The notes beneath the pieces were generated by a model. That model searched no databases. It worked only from the letters and a program-made list of their open reading frames with translations, and had not been told where the DNA came from. The position numbers were made by a program, and so were the translations under genes. 64,000 bases of DNA. Origin: Eledone cirrhosa. Lineage: Eukaryota. The stretch spans positions 268,646,001-268,710,000 of the forward strand of contig OZ024743.1 of assembly GCA_964016885.1 (NCBI GenBank), in the 5' to 3' direction. Positions 27,470 to 41,436 of the stretch are shown here, in pieces. How positions within the stretch are numbered: the first letter of the stretch is position 1; each line of letters opens with the position of its first letter.

Positions 27470-29539
27470 AGAATCAGGTGGCGTGCATTCCACTTTGATA
27501 AATCTAATGCAGACGAAAATGTCTCGGACTTAAACAAAGTTTTCAAATCTAAAAGAAATCCACCCCCTAACAAACTTTTATCTGACTTTGAAAACGATAT
27601 AATTTCTATCATACAAGGGGTCAAATTCAAGAGAAACTTCAAAGGCCAGGAATATCTGAAAGGCATTAAGGATAACATTGACAGCTTAGAGAAAACTGAG
27701 AAGATCTTGGTGAAATCTGACAAGACCAACAACCTCTATGGAGTGCGGAAAGACATGTATAGCAGATAAGGCCGAACTTGAGAAATGAATGTCGAAGCAT
27801 CTTGTATAATGCACGCGTTGGAAATTGAGAACAGAACACAACCTTTCGTGCCCAGGAAACCGAAGATCAATATGAAGGACCACAAGAGGAATTTTGAAAA
27901 TGACCTGCCAGTTAGATTGATCGCACCTTCAAAATCGGACCTGGGCAAATTAAGCAAAAACATTCTTGACAGGGTGATACAGCAAATTAAGAACTTGGAT
28001 TGTGTATCTAACCTGAGCTTGTGGAAGGGAACTGGAGAGGTTGTTGAGTGGTTTAGGCAAATTAAATATAACAATAATAATAGGTTTATTCAACTTGATA
28101 TAGCTAACTATTATTCTTCTATTACCCCTAGTCTACTAAATAAGGCACTAAATTACGCATTCAAACATACTGACCTAACTAGCAAAGAAATGCATATTAT
28201 ATTATCGGCTAGGAAAACTTTGATAGAATTTAATGACAAATTATGGACCAGAGCAGATAGAGATAGCAATTTTGACATAACTATGGGATCTTCCGACTCA
28301 GCTCAGGTAACTGACCTTGTGGGCTTATTTTTAATCAATTCGCTACATAGGAAAATACCTGGTACTACCGGAGGTTTATATAGGGATGACATGCTTTTAC
28401 TTATTAATAATAATAACCCTGAACTAAATAGAAAATGTAAACAAATTACAAAATTTTTTAATTACTTTAACCTTAAAATAGAAATTGAGAACAACCATAG
28501 AATAGTCAATTTCCTAGATATAACATTAAATCTCAACACATGTCTCCACTATCCTTTTCACAAGTTGAATGAAAACTTAAACTATGTCAACTTTAACTCT
28601 AACCACCCCAGATCTGTCAAAAACACTATAGTAAACTCAGTTCAAAAACGTATCTCTAGGATCTCGTCGAATAGAAAGATTTTCGACGAAAAGGCCCAAT
28701 ACTATAATGAAGCATTAGCTAGGGCAGGATATGCTGATAAGATTGTGTACATAGATAATGATAGACAAACTAAACAAAGTAACAACTTTTTTAATTACGG
28801 CAACAACATTAACAACTATAATAGAAAGCATTACAATAATTCCAAAGGCCAAAAAAGAAATAGAACTAGGAACATAATTTGGTTTGCCCCCCCTTTCTCA
28901 CTAAACATTAAAACCCACATCGCTAAATTATTTTTCAAAGCTCTTGATAATCGCTTCCCTAGAACACATAGGTATCACTCAATTTTCAATAGGCATACAA
29001 TTAAATTAACCTACTCATCCACCAAAAATTTAGCACAAAATATTAATAGAATAAATAATAGGAACTTAAAACCTAGTGATAATAGCATAAATAATATACA
29101 AGTTAACAAATGTAACTGTAGAGATAGATCTAAATGTCCGTTAAATAACAACTGCTTAGTTAAAAATATAGTATACAATTGTAATGTTAATACTGACTCT
29201 AATTCTTTTAACTACGTCGGTTCCACATCGACGGAATTTAAACTTCGCTATAATAACCACAAGAATTCTTTCACAGATCCAAGTAAAAAATCTTCAACGG
29301 CACTATCAGGCGTACTCTGGCAACTTAAGCTAGATAACGTTAGATATTCGACGGCTTGGAATATAGTCTCAAGAGGGATTCCTTTTAATTCATCCTCTGA
29401 GACATGTGACCTCTGCGCAGAGGAGATATTCTTTATACTAAAATCTAAAAATTCCCTTAACCTACGGACAAATTTATTCAGTTGTTGCAAACATAGATTA
29501 AACTCAACGTTTAAATATAAATTTAAATTTAAAATGTAG
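27470..29539 (+). CDS. Penelope-like element polyprotein, right-arm copy with ~85 extra N-terminal codons but disrupted at ~27762
   Basis: Spacer encodes RIRWRAFHF..LSDFEND..VKSDKTNNLY in frame. A ~41-bp deletion creates a TAA; the rest matches the left copy (ORF 27785-29539). Confidence 0.93.
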
Positions 29540-31253
29540 TATATTTAGTTTGATTTATATTTATATGGGAAACTAGCCGATAAATTTTTGATTCCTAAAT
29601 TTTTGATTCCTTCTTTTTATTCTTTTTATTGTTTATTTTTATTTTATTTTTATTTAAACATTCCTCATGAAAAATTAAGCTACCCTAAAAGCTGATGCTC
29701 CAAATTTTTTGAATAAACCTTACACTAGATAAACTTCTATATTAAATATAAGAACATATGTAGACCAATTTGGACATCATAAACTTTTTGAAATGATCTT
29801 TGCTAGATGTGATTTGATAGATAATTTTTGGCTTTGTCTTGTAATGAACTTGGCAATATATTGTCAATTAACTTTGAAGGGTTGATCTTTGGGGTTTATT
29901 TTTATTTTTATTTTTTATTATTGTAGTATTTTATAATTATTTTTTATTTTTTATTTTTATTTTTAATATCTTTAATATGTAAATTTTTAATACGTAATAT
30001 TTTTTAATACGTAATATTTTTAATATGTAATATTTTTATTATGTAATATTCTTTGGTAATATTTTTTTAGTTTTCTATTTTATTATTACTTATTTTTACT
30101 TATTATTATTATTGTTATCTTTTTATTTATTTATTTTTTTAGTTTTGTTTCTGATATATATTTTTATTAGTATATTGAAATCTTCTCTCTATTTCTGCTT
30201 GATAGATAATCTTGAAGAGTAAAGACAGGAATAATAATACACATATATGTATGCTCAAATTTTTATACCACATTGAGAATGTTTTCCGTGAACTTAGAGT
30301 TTGCAGAGTGAATCATGTGGATTCGCATGGATGTTTGTAGCTGTCACATAAACATATGAATTTTTTTAAAACTAAACATAAGATAATTAATTTTCACACA
30401 CTATGGATACTTGTCTCATTCAGGAATACTGATATTTACAATATAGTGTAAGTTTTATAAATGCTAATACATTAATACATAGGGTTTTTACGCCTCGAAT
30501 ATATCTGGCTATTTTTAAATTTTTTTTCTCTCTCTATTTTTTCCTCTCTATATATTTTTTCTCTATATATATATATCTCCCTTACATTAATACTTGAGCT
30601 AAATAAATAAATAAATAAATAAATGTATCATTGATACATTTACTCAAAATGACCTCCCACTACCTAATTTTCTATATATATATGTATTTATCTCTATTTC
30701 CTCTCTCTCTGTATATATATATCTCTTTCTGTTTCTTTACATGAAGTTCTTCGCTTTATCTATCTTTCCATCTCTCTATTTTGTTCCATGCATTTCTTCT
30801 TTTTCTTCCTTTTCTTCGTTTTCTGTCTTTCTTTCTTTTTTTCTCTCTTTCTTTCTCTCTGTGTAAAATTTTTTCACTGCCAGCTTAAACCTCTTCAAAT
30901 GGAAGTCGGTGTTGTAACGGTATGTCGAATATATTTATCTATAAAACTGTTTATATTGTATTTTGTCTGAGGAAGGCATAGCATATTGTTAATATGATAT
31001 CCCCGAAATATATATAATGAAATAAATATGGTTTTATAAATATAGTTTCCATTTATTTAATACTGTAAATATACTCCAAATATTTGTCGAGTGCTTTTAT
31101 ATCAGTTATAAATATTTACTAGTTGTAACCCAACAATTTTAAATATAACTTTCCATGTATATATATATATATATATTTATTGGTTCTTATATTTGATATA
31201 TATTTATCCTTATTGAGCCCTCTTTGGATTTTAGTCTTCAAATTTATTATTAT

Positions 31254-31258
<5 letters not shown>
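29540..31258 (+). mobile_element. Long AT-rich 3' region / pseudo-LTR of the Penelope-like element, ending in (TA)n
   Basis: Follows the stop codon and contains an HHR. The distal ~250 bp is homologous to the solo element at 41437-41760. Confidence 0.75.
30959..31024 (+). ncRNA. Type I hammerhead ribozyme of the Penelope-like pseudo-LTR
   Basis: TATTTTGT-CTGAGGA-AGG..CATATT-GTT-AATATG..CCC-GAAA-TATATA-TA-ATGAAATA. Stem I 8 bp with two G-U pairs, palindromic stem III. Confidence 0.8.
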
Positions 31259-31348
<90 letters not shown>

Positions 31349-31368
31349 CATTAAATATATATATATAT

Positions 31369-31405
<37 letters not shown>

Positions 31406-31469
31406 CGTAAAACCCAGTGTACATCTGTATACTTATATGTATGTACGTATACATACATACATTTATATA

Positions 31470-31505
<36 letters not shown>

Positions 31506-32076
31506 AATGTATGTATGTATACGTACATACATATATGTATACATACGTACAGTAGTATGTATATATATATACATACATGCACACATATACATATACGTAT
31601 GGGTTTACCGAACATTTATTATAATGTTCGGCTTGTTTGTAAGGAAGGTATACGATGCTCACGATAGCTAATAAGCTTGAAACTAATACATCGTTCCTGT
31701 GTCAGTGTTGAACAAAAAGCCGTCGATGGTTCCCGAACACTGTACGGCGTAATTCGGGCTGTTTGTTTACAAACAAACGGAACATTATAATAAATGTTCG
31801 GTAAACCCATACGTGCATATATATATATGTGTACATGTATGTATGTATATACATACTACTGTACGTCTGTATACATATGTGTATGTACGTGTACATACTT
31901 ACATTTAAGTATCTGCCGTACTAAGAGTGAGAAATAAAATTTCGTTTCATCCTTTTCCATTTATAGTTTTCGGTTCGCCCGGCCGACTAACTCAATCGAT
32001 ATGCAAATTAGCCTGCTCAGCCGTTAATATGCATAAGGAAAGTATATACTTTCAAACGTTCAATTATCTGACAGGA

Positions 32077-32129
32077 AGGTATACTATGCTGACGATAGCT
32101 AATAAGCTTGAAACTAGTACATCGTTCCT
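32077..32129 (+). ncRNA. Type I hammerhead ribozyme
   Basis: CTGACGA..GAAA-CTAG-TA; stem II AGCT/AGCT with AATA loop; one mismatch in stem I. Confidence 0.8.
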
Positions 32130-32491
32130 GTGTCAGTGTTGAACAAAAAGGCGACGATGGTTGCCGAACACTGTACGGCGTAATTCGGGCTGTTTGTTCA
32201 CAAACTGAACATTATAATAAATGTTCGGTAAACCCATACGTACATATATATAATATATGTGTGCATGTATGTATATATATACATACTACTGTACATCTGT
32301 ATACATATATGTATGTACGTATACATACTTACATTTAAGTATCAGCCGTACTAAGAGTGATAAGTGAAATTTCGTTTCATTCTTTTCCATTTATAGTTTT
32401 CGGTTCGCCCGGCCGACTAACTCACTCGATATGCAAATTAGGCTGCTCAGCCGTTAATATGCATAAGGAAACGTTCAATCATCTGACAGGA

Positions 32492-32544
32492 AGGTGTATG
32501 ATGCTGACGATAGCTAATAAGCTTGAAACTAGTACATCGTTCCT
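32492..32544 (+). ncRNA. Type I hammerhead ribozyme
   Basis: AGG-TGT-ATGATG-CTGACGA-TAGCT-AATA-AGCTT-GAAA-CTAG-TA-CATCGT-T-CCT. Confidence 0.85.
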
Positions 32545-32658
32545 GTGTCAGTGTTGAACAAAAAGGCGACGATGGTTGCCGAACACTGTACGGCGTAATT
32601 CGGGCTGTTTGTTCACAAACAAACCGAACATTATAATACATGTTCGGTAAACCCATAC

Positions 32659-32709
<51 letters not shown>

Positions 32710-32895
32710 CTTGTATGTATATATATACATACTATTGTACGTCTGTATACATATATGTATGTACGTATACATACTTACATTTAAGTATCAGCCGTACTAA
32801 GAGTGAGAAATGAAATTTAGTTTCATTCTTTTATATATATATATATATATATTGTTATACTTGGGGAGGGTCATATTTGTGTAATATTGCCAGAA

Positions 32896-32947
<52 letters not shown>

Positions 32948-33643
32948 TTGTATATGCCTTTTTGAAGAACCACACAAATTCCTCATTACATCTGCAACAA
33001 AGAATACCACGTTACACATGATGACCCTTAAAGATGGCGGTATGTCTCTGATTTTTACGTTTGATTGCATTATTTATTTATCGTTACTATTTTAGTTATC
33101 TGTTATAGCAAATCATCTATCTTTTGATTTGTCTTCTGTTTTGTTTTTGAAGCTTCTTGATAATATTATATACCAGCTAGCGAGATGTATTGTTTATTAA
33201 CCTTCTCTTAGCTTCCATTAAAGCGAAATATTAACTAATCGAGAGGACAGAGATATGGTGGGTTAGTTTGACGACGTTTAGCCATATTTCAGTTCACAGT
33301 ATGGCTTAAAAGGTTGTGTATCTAAAAGGTTAAGATTGTCATAGCTTGAATTGATAGTATGTAATGGTTTCTTAGTGTTATATAATTTTTGAGAATGACA
33401 TCAATATTGAGAGGAACTCTTACCAAAAAAAGCATATAGACAAGTTTTTTGTTGTTTTTTATTTTTCAGTTTCTTTTATGAGTATACTGCTGCTCCTAAT
33501 GTTTAGATAATGCATTAGTTTATCCATTCATATATGTGCGGTACTACGTACATATGAAGTATGTGCCGCGGCCACGTTTCCATTTCCTCAATACGTTTTA
33601 CCGCTGAGTTAAACGTACTTGTGCGTTTATTATTATATTTTCT

Positions 33644-33832
33644 GTGGATTGGCAGTAACAGAAGAGAGTCGGACCCCATGCTTTGCAGCAAAGAGTTACG
33701 GCCCTTTATGGTCTGAGTTCAAATCCAGCCAAAGTTAACTTTGCCTTTCATCCTTACGGGGTTGATAAAATAAAGTACCAGTAATGTACTGGGTAATTGG
33801 TGGCCTTGTGCCAAAAGTAGAAACAATTATTA
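33644..33832 (+). mobile_element. Deu/Nin-like tRNA SINE
   Basis: Near full-length match to the family consensus. Confidence 0.85.
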
Positions 33833-33973
33833 TATTTTCTGTGATATTTGGTAGACATATTCTGTATAGAAGCCAGATGCGAGCACATATGCAGTTATGC
33901 AGTTAAGCTCTCTCACACACGCCTGCACACATACAAACACGATTACACACACACACACATATATATATATACA

Positions 33974-34063
<90 letters not shown>

Positions 34064-34068
34064 TATAC

Positions 34069-34141
<73 letters not shown>

Positions 34142-34147
34142 TGTTTA

Positions 34148-34345
34148 TGTCCTGGGTATGACATTAAACTACATCCAGTGGCAAGGCTCCAGTTCGGGAG
34201 TTCAGGAGCTGTGGGGAATGTGGAGATACCCCTTAGTCGTTATCACTCCCAGGTCTGCTCTGGCCCGGACTAGTAGTATCTGCTAGGGCCCCATTTATGG
34301 GTTAAATAATTATATTATTCGAGTGGCGCCGGTAAGGTATTATCA
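34148..34345 (+). mobile_element. Non-autonomous copy of the RTE 5' region
   Basis: 34173-34340 is homologous to the reverse complement of 17563-17747 (TCCAGTGGCAAGGCTCCAGTTCGGGAGTTCAGGA..GGGCCCCATTTATGGGTTAAATAA). Confidence 0.75.
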
Positions 34346-34564
34346 GCCACTGAAAAATAAAAGCCCTAGATATGTTTGTGTGAGCGTGAGTGTGTGGGTA
34401 TGTGTGTGCGCGAAGTATGTGTTTATGTTAACGTTTACTGCTGTGTAAATAACTCTGCTGTTTAAGTGTTATCACTTTACTAAGAATGACACTATAAAAC
34501 ACACGTTAGTGCCACAAACAAAAATATCAAATATAAGTTCAATTCATAGCTGGGCTTTCAGAAT

Positions 34565-34828
34565 GTTTATTTATTAAACATACCATATATCTTAACATAT
34601 ACGAAAGGCACATACATGTATCTATACAACTATGCCGAAGCTAAATTTGAATTCTACTTTTAATTTGAGCCAACTTATGCAGCTTAATATGCAAATGAGG
34701 TTAATCCTCCCACCTACACAGGCGAATACACATAATTTTTCTTTCGCCTGCTTCAAGTTCCAACAGAGAGAAAGAGAGAGAGGAGGGGATAGAGAGAGCG
34801 AGAGAGAGTGGGGGGAGAATAGAGAGTG

Positions 34829-34914
<86 letters not shown>

Positions 34915-35106
34915 AATGTCCTGATGAGGGCTCGAAATGCAAGGACAGTTATCCTCCGCTGCTCCTGCTGGAATCCGCTAGACGGCGTTGGTCGTCAACG
35001 TTTCAATTCATAACTGTTTATTTATTGAACATACCATATATCCTTAGAGATACGAAACTTACATACATGTATGTCTACAACTATGGCAAAGATAAATTTT
35101 AATTCT
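34565..35106 (+). mobile_element. Decayed terminally redundant unit (~450-bp period) with a degenerate HHR at 34917-34947
   Basis: ~90-bp direct repeats 34565-34655 / 35016-35106; TGTC-CTGATGA-GGGCTC-GAAA-TGCAAG-GACA (no UH site). Confidence 0.5.
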
Positions 35107-35752
35107 GAATAAATAATATTTGAACAGTCATGATGGAATCATGTGGGCACCGCCCTGCTCGGAAGAGATGCGTTCACTTCCTGAGATGGAAAGCGAGAAA
35201 GAGTACGAAATAAGGAACACCAATACAGGGCTAGAACTTTATTTATCGATTTCGAAAGTATAAAAGCAATGTTGAATTCGGTGGGATTTTTAATCACTGA
35301 GCTGGAACAAATACCGCGTCATTTTAAATCTGACGTTCTAACGACTATCACAATCCGCTGTCTTCAAATAATATTAGTTAGTGACAGAGAGAAAATGCAG
35401 GAAGGAAGTTTCAAGCTTGTTTGGGGATCTTCAACGGAAGTTTAATCTTGCATTATCCGCCTGGTTGTGGAAAGGCAATTGTTATTTTTAAACACACTCA
35501 CAGGCACAAACATATGCACATATTCATACCTACCCCCACACACACTCATACAAACGCTTATACATTGATTCATACCTACTCACAAACACAAGTGCATTTG
35601 CACATAACAATTTCACAAAATCACACATACTCACATATGCAAACATACATTGATATACACAGGAATATATTCTCACACGCACACATACTCATATATAGGC
35701 CTACAAACGGGAGCAATAATGTTCAAACAAGCATACGCACAGGCAAATCCAC

Positions 35753-35796
<44 letters not shown>

Positions 35797-35899
35797 GTTC
35801 CCACTTTCATACACACACATACAGGCATACGGACGGAAGCAATAATTCACGCACACACACTCACAGATGCAAATACAAAATGAATTATTACAACCGTGA

Positions 35900-36378
35900 G
35901 ATCCACAACAATAACAACGGCAACAACTTCAAAACGGCATAGAGAAAATCGTGATGACATTATGAGAAAAAGACAGTAGCTACGAACATCATCAACCACA
36001 ACAACCACAACAATAAGCACAACATCAATAACACTAACGATATCAACAATACTAAGAAAAACAAGAAGAATGATAAAGACAGCAACAACATCACATGGAA
36101 CTAGTAATCACGAAACGAAAGCTTTGCTAACGACAATGACAACGATACCAAAACAACATCAGCAACAAGAACAACAACAAAAATGACTGCAAAAGTAATC
36201 CCAACATACAATAACAGCAACAACAAATAAACATACAATTGCGCAAGAGAATGTCGGCATCAACGACAGCATCAATGGCAACAGTAGCAACAGCAACAAC
36301 AAAAAGGATAATGGCACAACAAAAGCAATAACAGTTCAACAACAACAACAACAACAACAGCAGCAGCAACAACAACAA

Positions 36379-36413
<35 letters not shown>

Positions 36414-36495
36414 TCAACAACAGCAGCAACAACAATATGGATAATGGCACAACAAAAGCAATAACAGTTCAACAACAACAACAACAACAGCAGCA

Positions 36496-36546
<51 letters not shown>

Positions 36547-37740
36547 ACAACAACAGCAACAACAATATGGATAATGGCACAACAAAAGCAATAACAGTTC
36601 AACAACAACAATAACGACTACAGCAACAACAACAACAGCAATAACAATATGGATAATGGCACCACAAAAGCAATAACAGTTCAACAACAACAACGACAAC
36701 AGCAACAACAAAAATACAAATACCAACACAACAAGAATAGTATGAACAACAACAACAGCAGCAGAAATGACAAGGAAAGTATGAGCAGCAGCAAAATAAG
36801 CAGCAATACAACAGCAACAAAACGTGCTGCAGCAAAACAAGAACAATGATATCAATAACAGAAATAGCAAAAACAACAACAACAATAAAAACACCATCTA
36901 TAACAACACTAACAACAATAACGCCAGCAGCAAAAACAGCATCAATAACAACAGAAGTAACAACAACAACAATAACAACAGCAACAACAGCAGCAACAAC
37001 AACCACAATATCAACAACGACAACACCAATAACAGCAGCAACAACAACAACAATATCAACAACGACAACAGCAACAACAGCAGCAGGAAATATAATAGCA
37101 ACAATAACAACAGAAGCAACAACAGCAACAACAACAGCAACAACAGCAGCAACAAATAGAATAGTAACAATAACAACAGAAGCAACAGCAACAACAATGT
37201 CAACAACAACAACAACCACAACAACAACAACAACAACAACAGCAGCAGCAGCAGCAACAAAAACAGCATCATTAACATCAGAAGCATGAACAACAATATC
37301 AACAATAACAACAGCAACAGCAGCAACAACAGCAGCAGCAAAATCAGCATCAATAACATCAGAAGCAATAACAACAACAACAGCAACAACAGCAACAACA
37401 ACAACAATATCAACAACGACAACAGCAACAACAGCAACTACAACAACAACAACAACAGTATCAACAACGACAACAGCAACAACAACAACAACAATATCAA
37501 CAACGACAACAGCAACAACAGCAACTACAATAACAACAACAACAGTATCAACAACGACAACAGCAACAACAACAACAACAATATCAACAACGACAACAGC
37601 AACAACAACAATATCAACAACGACAACAACAACAACAGTAGCAGGAAATATAATAGCAACAATAACAAAAATATTTACTTCGGCAATAACAAAAACAACA
37701 GTAACAACAGTAACAACAACAGTTACAACAACAACAAAAG
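35900..37740. repeat. Complex (CAA)n/(CAG)n array with higher-order ~100-130-bp units
   Basis: Recurrent GGATAATGGCACAACAAAAGCAATAACAGTTC anchors at ~36306, 36439, 36569, 36650. Confidence 0.9.
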
Positions 37741-38339
37741 AGAGCAGGTAGCTAGCTTTACTAATCAACTAGTAATTTGTATTAGTGGCTGTGCAATGAA
37801 ATCTTGCGATCGATCGCTGACGGCATGGCTCGAGTTCTCTAATGGCTAAATCTAATTTGTTGATTGCCTCCAAAGTTTGATAATTACTCAACGTCATTCG
37901 CCATCTTGTTTCTATGGATGTGCTGAACTGGCCAGATAGACATGGCGGCTTATGTTGATGATGTCGTCGTTTGATACACGGGAATGAAAATGTCGGATGG
38001 ATCATATCATCCATCGGGGAGGAGACGGGGGAATGGAGGAGAGGGTGAATGATAGTGGAGATAGCAGTATTAGGGTAGTAGAGTAGTTGAGAAGTGAAGT
38101 GATGGCGATGGTGTAGGAATGTTATTGAGTTAAATGGTATTATGTGTATGCGTGTGTACATGTGCATACGTATGTTTATGTGTGTGCGAGTGTGCGTGTT
38201 TAAGTTGTGTGAATGAAAAAAGAAAATGCATGTTTAAAATGTAGTCGAATATCAACACAAATGTTAAAAAATAAATAATCATATATATATGTATATACAT
38301 ATGATTATTATATATGTATATTGTATATGTGTGTGCTTA

Positions 38340-38416
<77 letters not shown>

Positions 38417-38495
38417 GGACCTGTTATTCTTCTCTAAAAATATTTTTTTCAATTCCAACCCACCCGTCTCTACAATCTTTCCAATTTTCATTCTT

Positions 38496-38531
38496 TCTTC
38501 TGATGAAGTACTAGCGTCCGAAACGTTAAGA
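38496..38531 (+). ncRNA. Minimal type I hammerhead ribozyme; diverged inverted copy at 39317-39350
   Basis: TCTT-CTGATGA-A-GTAC-TAGC-GTCC-GAAA-CG-TT-AAGA. The minus copy reads CTAATGAAGTACTAGCGTCCGAAATGTTAAG. Confidence 0.7.
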
Positions 38532-38610
38532 CCCTCTTCCTGCTATTTCAAGCATTAACCAAATATATTCCTTCCATTGTGTTATTATTTCTGTGTAACT
38601 TTTACATACA

Positions 38611-38644
<34 letters not shown>

Positions 38645-38655
38645 TACATACATAT

Positions 38656-38787
<132 letters not shown>

Positions 38788-38981
38788 GTAGTGTGACTTC
38801 GAAGCTTCAAAGTTTCATTCATGATATACTTTCTGGTAGGGAAAGCATGGTGATGCCCCAAACCCCGTATCGGGGCCGACAAGACTGGTGGAAGTGGGGA
38901 AGGATAATATACATAAACCAGAGTCCTGGCTCAAAACCTTGAAACAAAGGGGTCATTACTATATACAAACACACCCATATA

Positions 38982-39012
<31 letters not shown>

Positions 39013-39547
39013 CAACTAGAAATTGTTTGACATATAAATATATCTAAAATAAACATATAAAATGTTGATATAAAATGCTCGGATCTATTCATTGGAATCT
39101 TGTAGCATAGTTTACGGGTGATATGGCGCATGTCTATCTGACATGACACCCTTAATTTAACTTAATTTTGGATATATATACATATATTATATATGTATAT
39201 GTATGTGTGTGTGTGTGTGTGTGTGGATGCAAAAGGTTAACGGAATTAACAAAGCAAATAACACGGTAAAATGAAGAAATATATTAGTTTTACGTTTGAA
39301 ATAGGAGAAAAAGAGGCTTAACATTTCGGACGCTAGTACTTCATTAGAAAATCGAATGAAAAGTTGAAGAAAACATAGAAAGATATAAAAGAGTGGCCAC
39401 TGGCAGAAATGGAAAAATTTATTTGAAAAAAAGCAGATCTATTCAAGTTTCTATCATATACTGTGCCGTTTGTTGTGTTACTTTTGTTATTTCTGTTTAC
39501 CTTTTTACACAGACACACGCACACGCACGCACACACAAACACACACG

Positions 39548-39663
<116 letters not shown>

Positions 39664-39924
39664 TATATATATATATATTTACTGGTTAAAACCAATATTC
39701 ATCTTAGTACTGTATAGTTATTACGAAAATTGTTTCTATTATAAGGAATTTCTGCACTTATTGTTAAGGTTTTTCTGTCTTGAGAGCAAATGAAAATAGT
39801 TTCTTATTTACTATCGGAATGGTAATATCTTGACCGTTAGGCATATAATCCTTATTACGTACATATATATATATATATATATACATATACATACGCGCTC
39901 ATATACACACACACAGACACAGAA

Positions 39925-39959
<35 letters not shown>

Positions 39960-40310
39960 GACAGCTCTCTACGTTCCAGAACCACATCATGAAACTTATG
40001 ACTGGCAAGCCGCTCAGCGACCGTATCTGTATCAGTGAGCTGCTCAATATTACCAAACTTAGACCAAGTACATCAATTGTCAAGTCAAGGGTATTCAAAC
40101 TGTACGGTCATATAAAAAGATAAACTCGTGGTGTGAGTAGGTTATGCCTACAAGGAAGGTTTGCTGGGAAGAGAAGCAGAGGCCGGCAGCCAAAACGATT
40201 GCTTGATAATGTCGACTTATGGACTGGACTTGATCTTCACTCTTTGAACTGCTGATCGAACTTTGTGGAAAGAGATATCTCATGTTGATGCGCAGTCTGC
40301 GTCACAAGAT
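39960..40310 (+). pseudogene. RTE-like LINE 3' fragment
   Basis: LSTFQNHIMKLM..DRI..IVKSRVFKLYGHIKR, then an R.RGRP-like segment. Confidence 0.6.
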
Positions 40311-40312
40311 AT

Positions 40313-40369
<57 letters not shown>

Positions 40370-40371
40370 AG

Positions 40372-40476
<105 letters not shown>

Positions 40477-40868
40477 AATTCAGATTAAAAGGGAAGATGA
40501 ATAGATAAACATAAATTTATACATATTTATGGATTATACACGTATATGTATAATAAATATTATATATTTATCTATAATGAATATTTAGTGCCGATTTGTT
40601 TATGTTTCTTTGATATTTTTTTCAATTGTTGAACTACTAAAGAAATTCAATATTTCCGTGTCTACTGTATATAGATATAATCAGATAAAGTTCATTCTGA
40701 GACGTTCTCCGGCTTTTGAATCACTTTAATTCATCAGTGATGTAATTTCTCTTCATGTCTAAATTATAAACTCCAAACACCCATATATACACATTAACAC
40801 ACAATAGCATGTACATACACAGAAACAATCATATACACACATATATATACACACCCTCTGACACACAG

Positions 40869-41000
<132 letters not shown>

Positions 41001-41248
41001 GTGTGTGTGCGCGAGAGAAAATTGAAGCAGCAAATTTTGTGGAAGATTCTTAAAATATTTTAATCAACATTTTTAATTAACTAATTGAAAAGTGGAAATT
41101 ATTCTATTCTTTCAAAGTATCAGTAATATTTCTTGAAATGGCTTTGACATACATATAGTTGCACACACACATACACGAACACGTACACATGAACAGAAAC
41201 ACACACACACATATATATACACGTTTCTGTGTGTTTCTTTCTACATGC

Positions 41249-41276
<28 letters not shown>

Positions 41277-41279
<3 letters not shown>

Positions 41280-41369
41280 GGAAAATATTCAAGAGCCCGA
41301 TGGCAGAGCTCAAGTATTGAGTACTCTGGTGCGTTATGGTTCACCTGGTTCCTTACCACACTTCCTTCG

Positions 41370-41372
<3 letters not shown>
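41277..41372 (-). mobile_element. Short member of the 6731/59197 family in (TA)n
   Basis: Reverse complement of the AACGAAGG..CCATAACGCACCAGAGT leader. Confidence 0.75.
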
Positions 41373-41426
<54 letters not shown>

Positions 41427-41436
41427 CAGAGGTTAT

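Larger units (their letters stand above)
22839..32328. repeat. ~9.5-kb inverted duplication (arms 22839-27469 and 27726-32328, 256-bp spacer)
   Basis: Arms are reverse complementary throughout (mirrored ORF track). Differences seen: a few substitutions, (TA)n length, and a ~41-bp plus 1-bp deletion in the right arm. Confidence 0.97.
31641..32832 (+). mobile_element. Tandem array (~2.8 units of 415-431 bp) of HHR-containing retrozyme family A
   Basis: HHR motifs at 31646-31698 (mutated: CTCACGA), 32077-32129 and 32492-32544. The array ends in GAAATTTAGTTTC..(TA)n. Confidence 0.9.

Noticed and set aside
36127-37849. Poly-L/V/C/N/T ORFs
   Set aside because: Trinucleotide (CAA/CAG) arrays.
40690-40742. 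Minus-strand CTGATGA
   Set aside because: No correctly placed GAAA or stem I.
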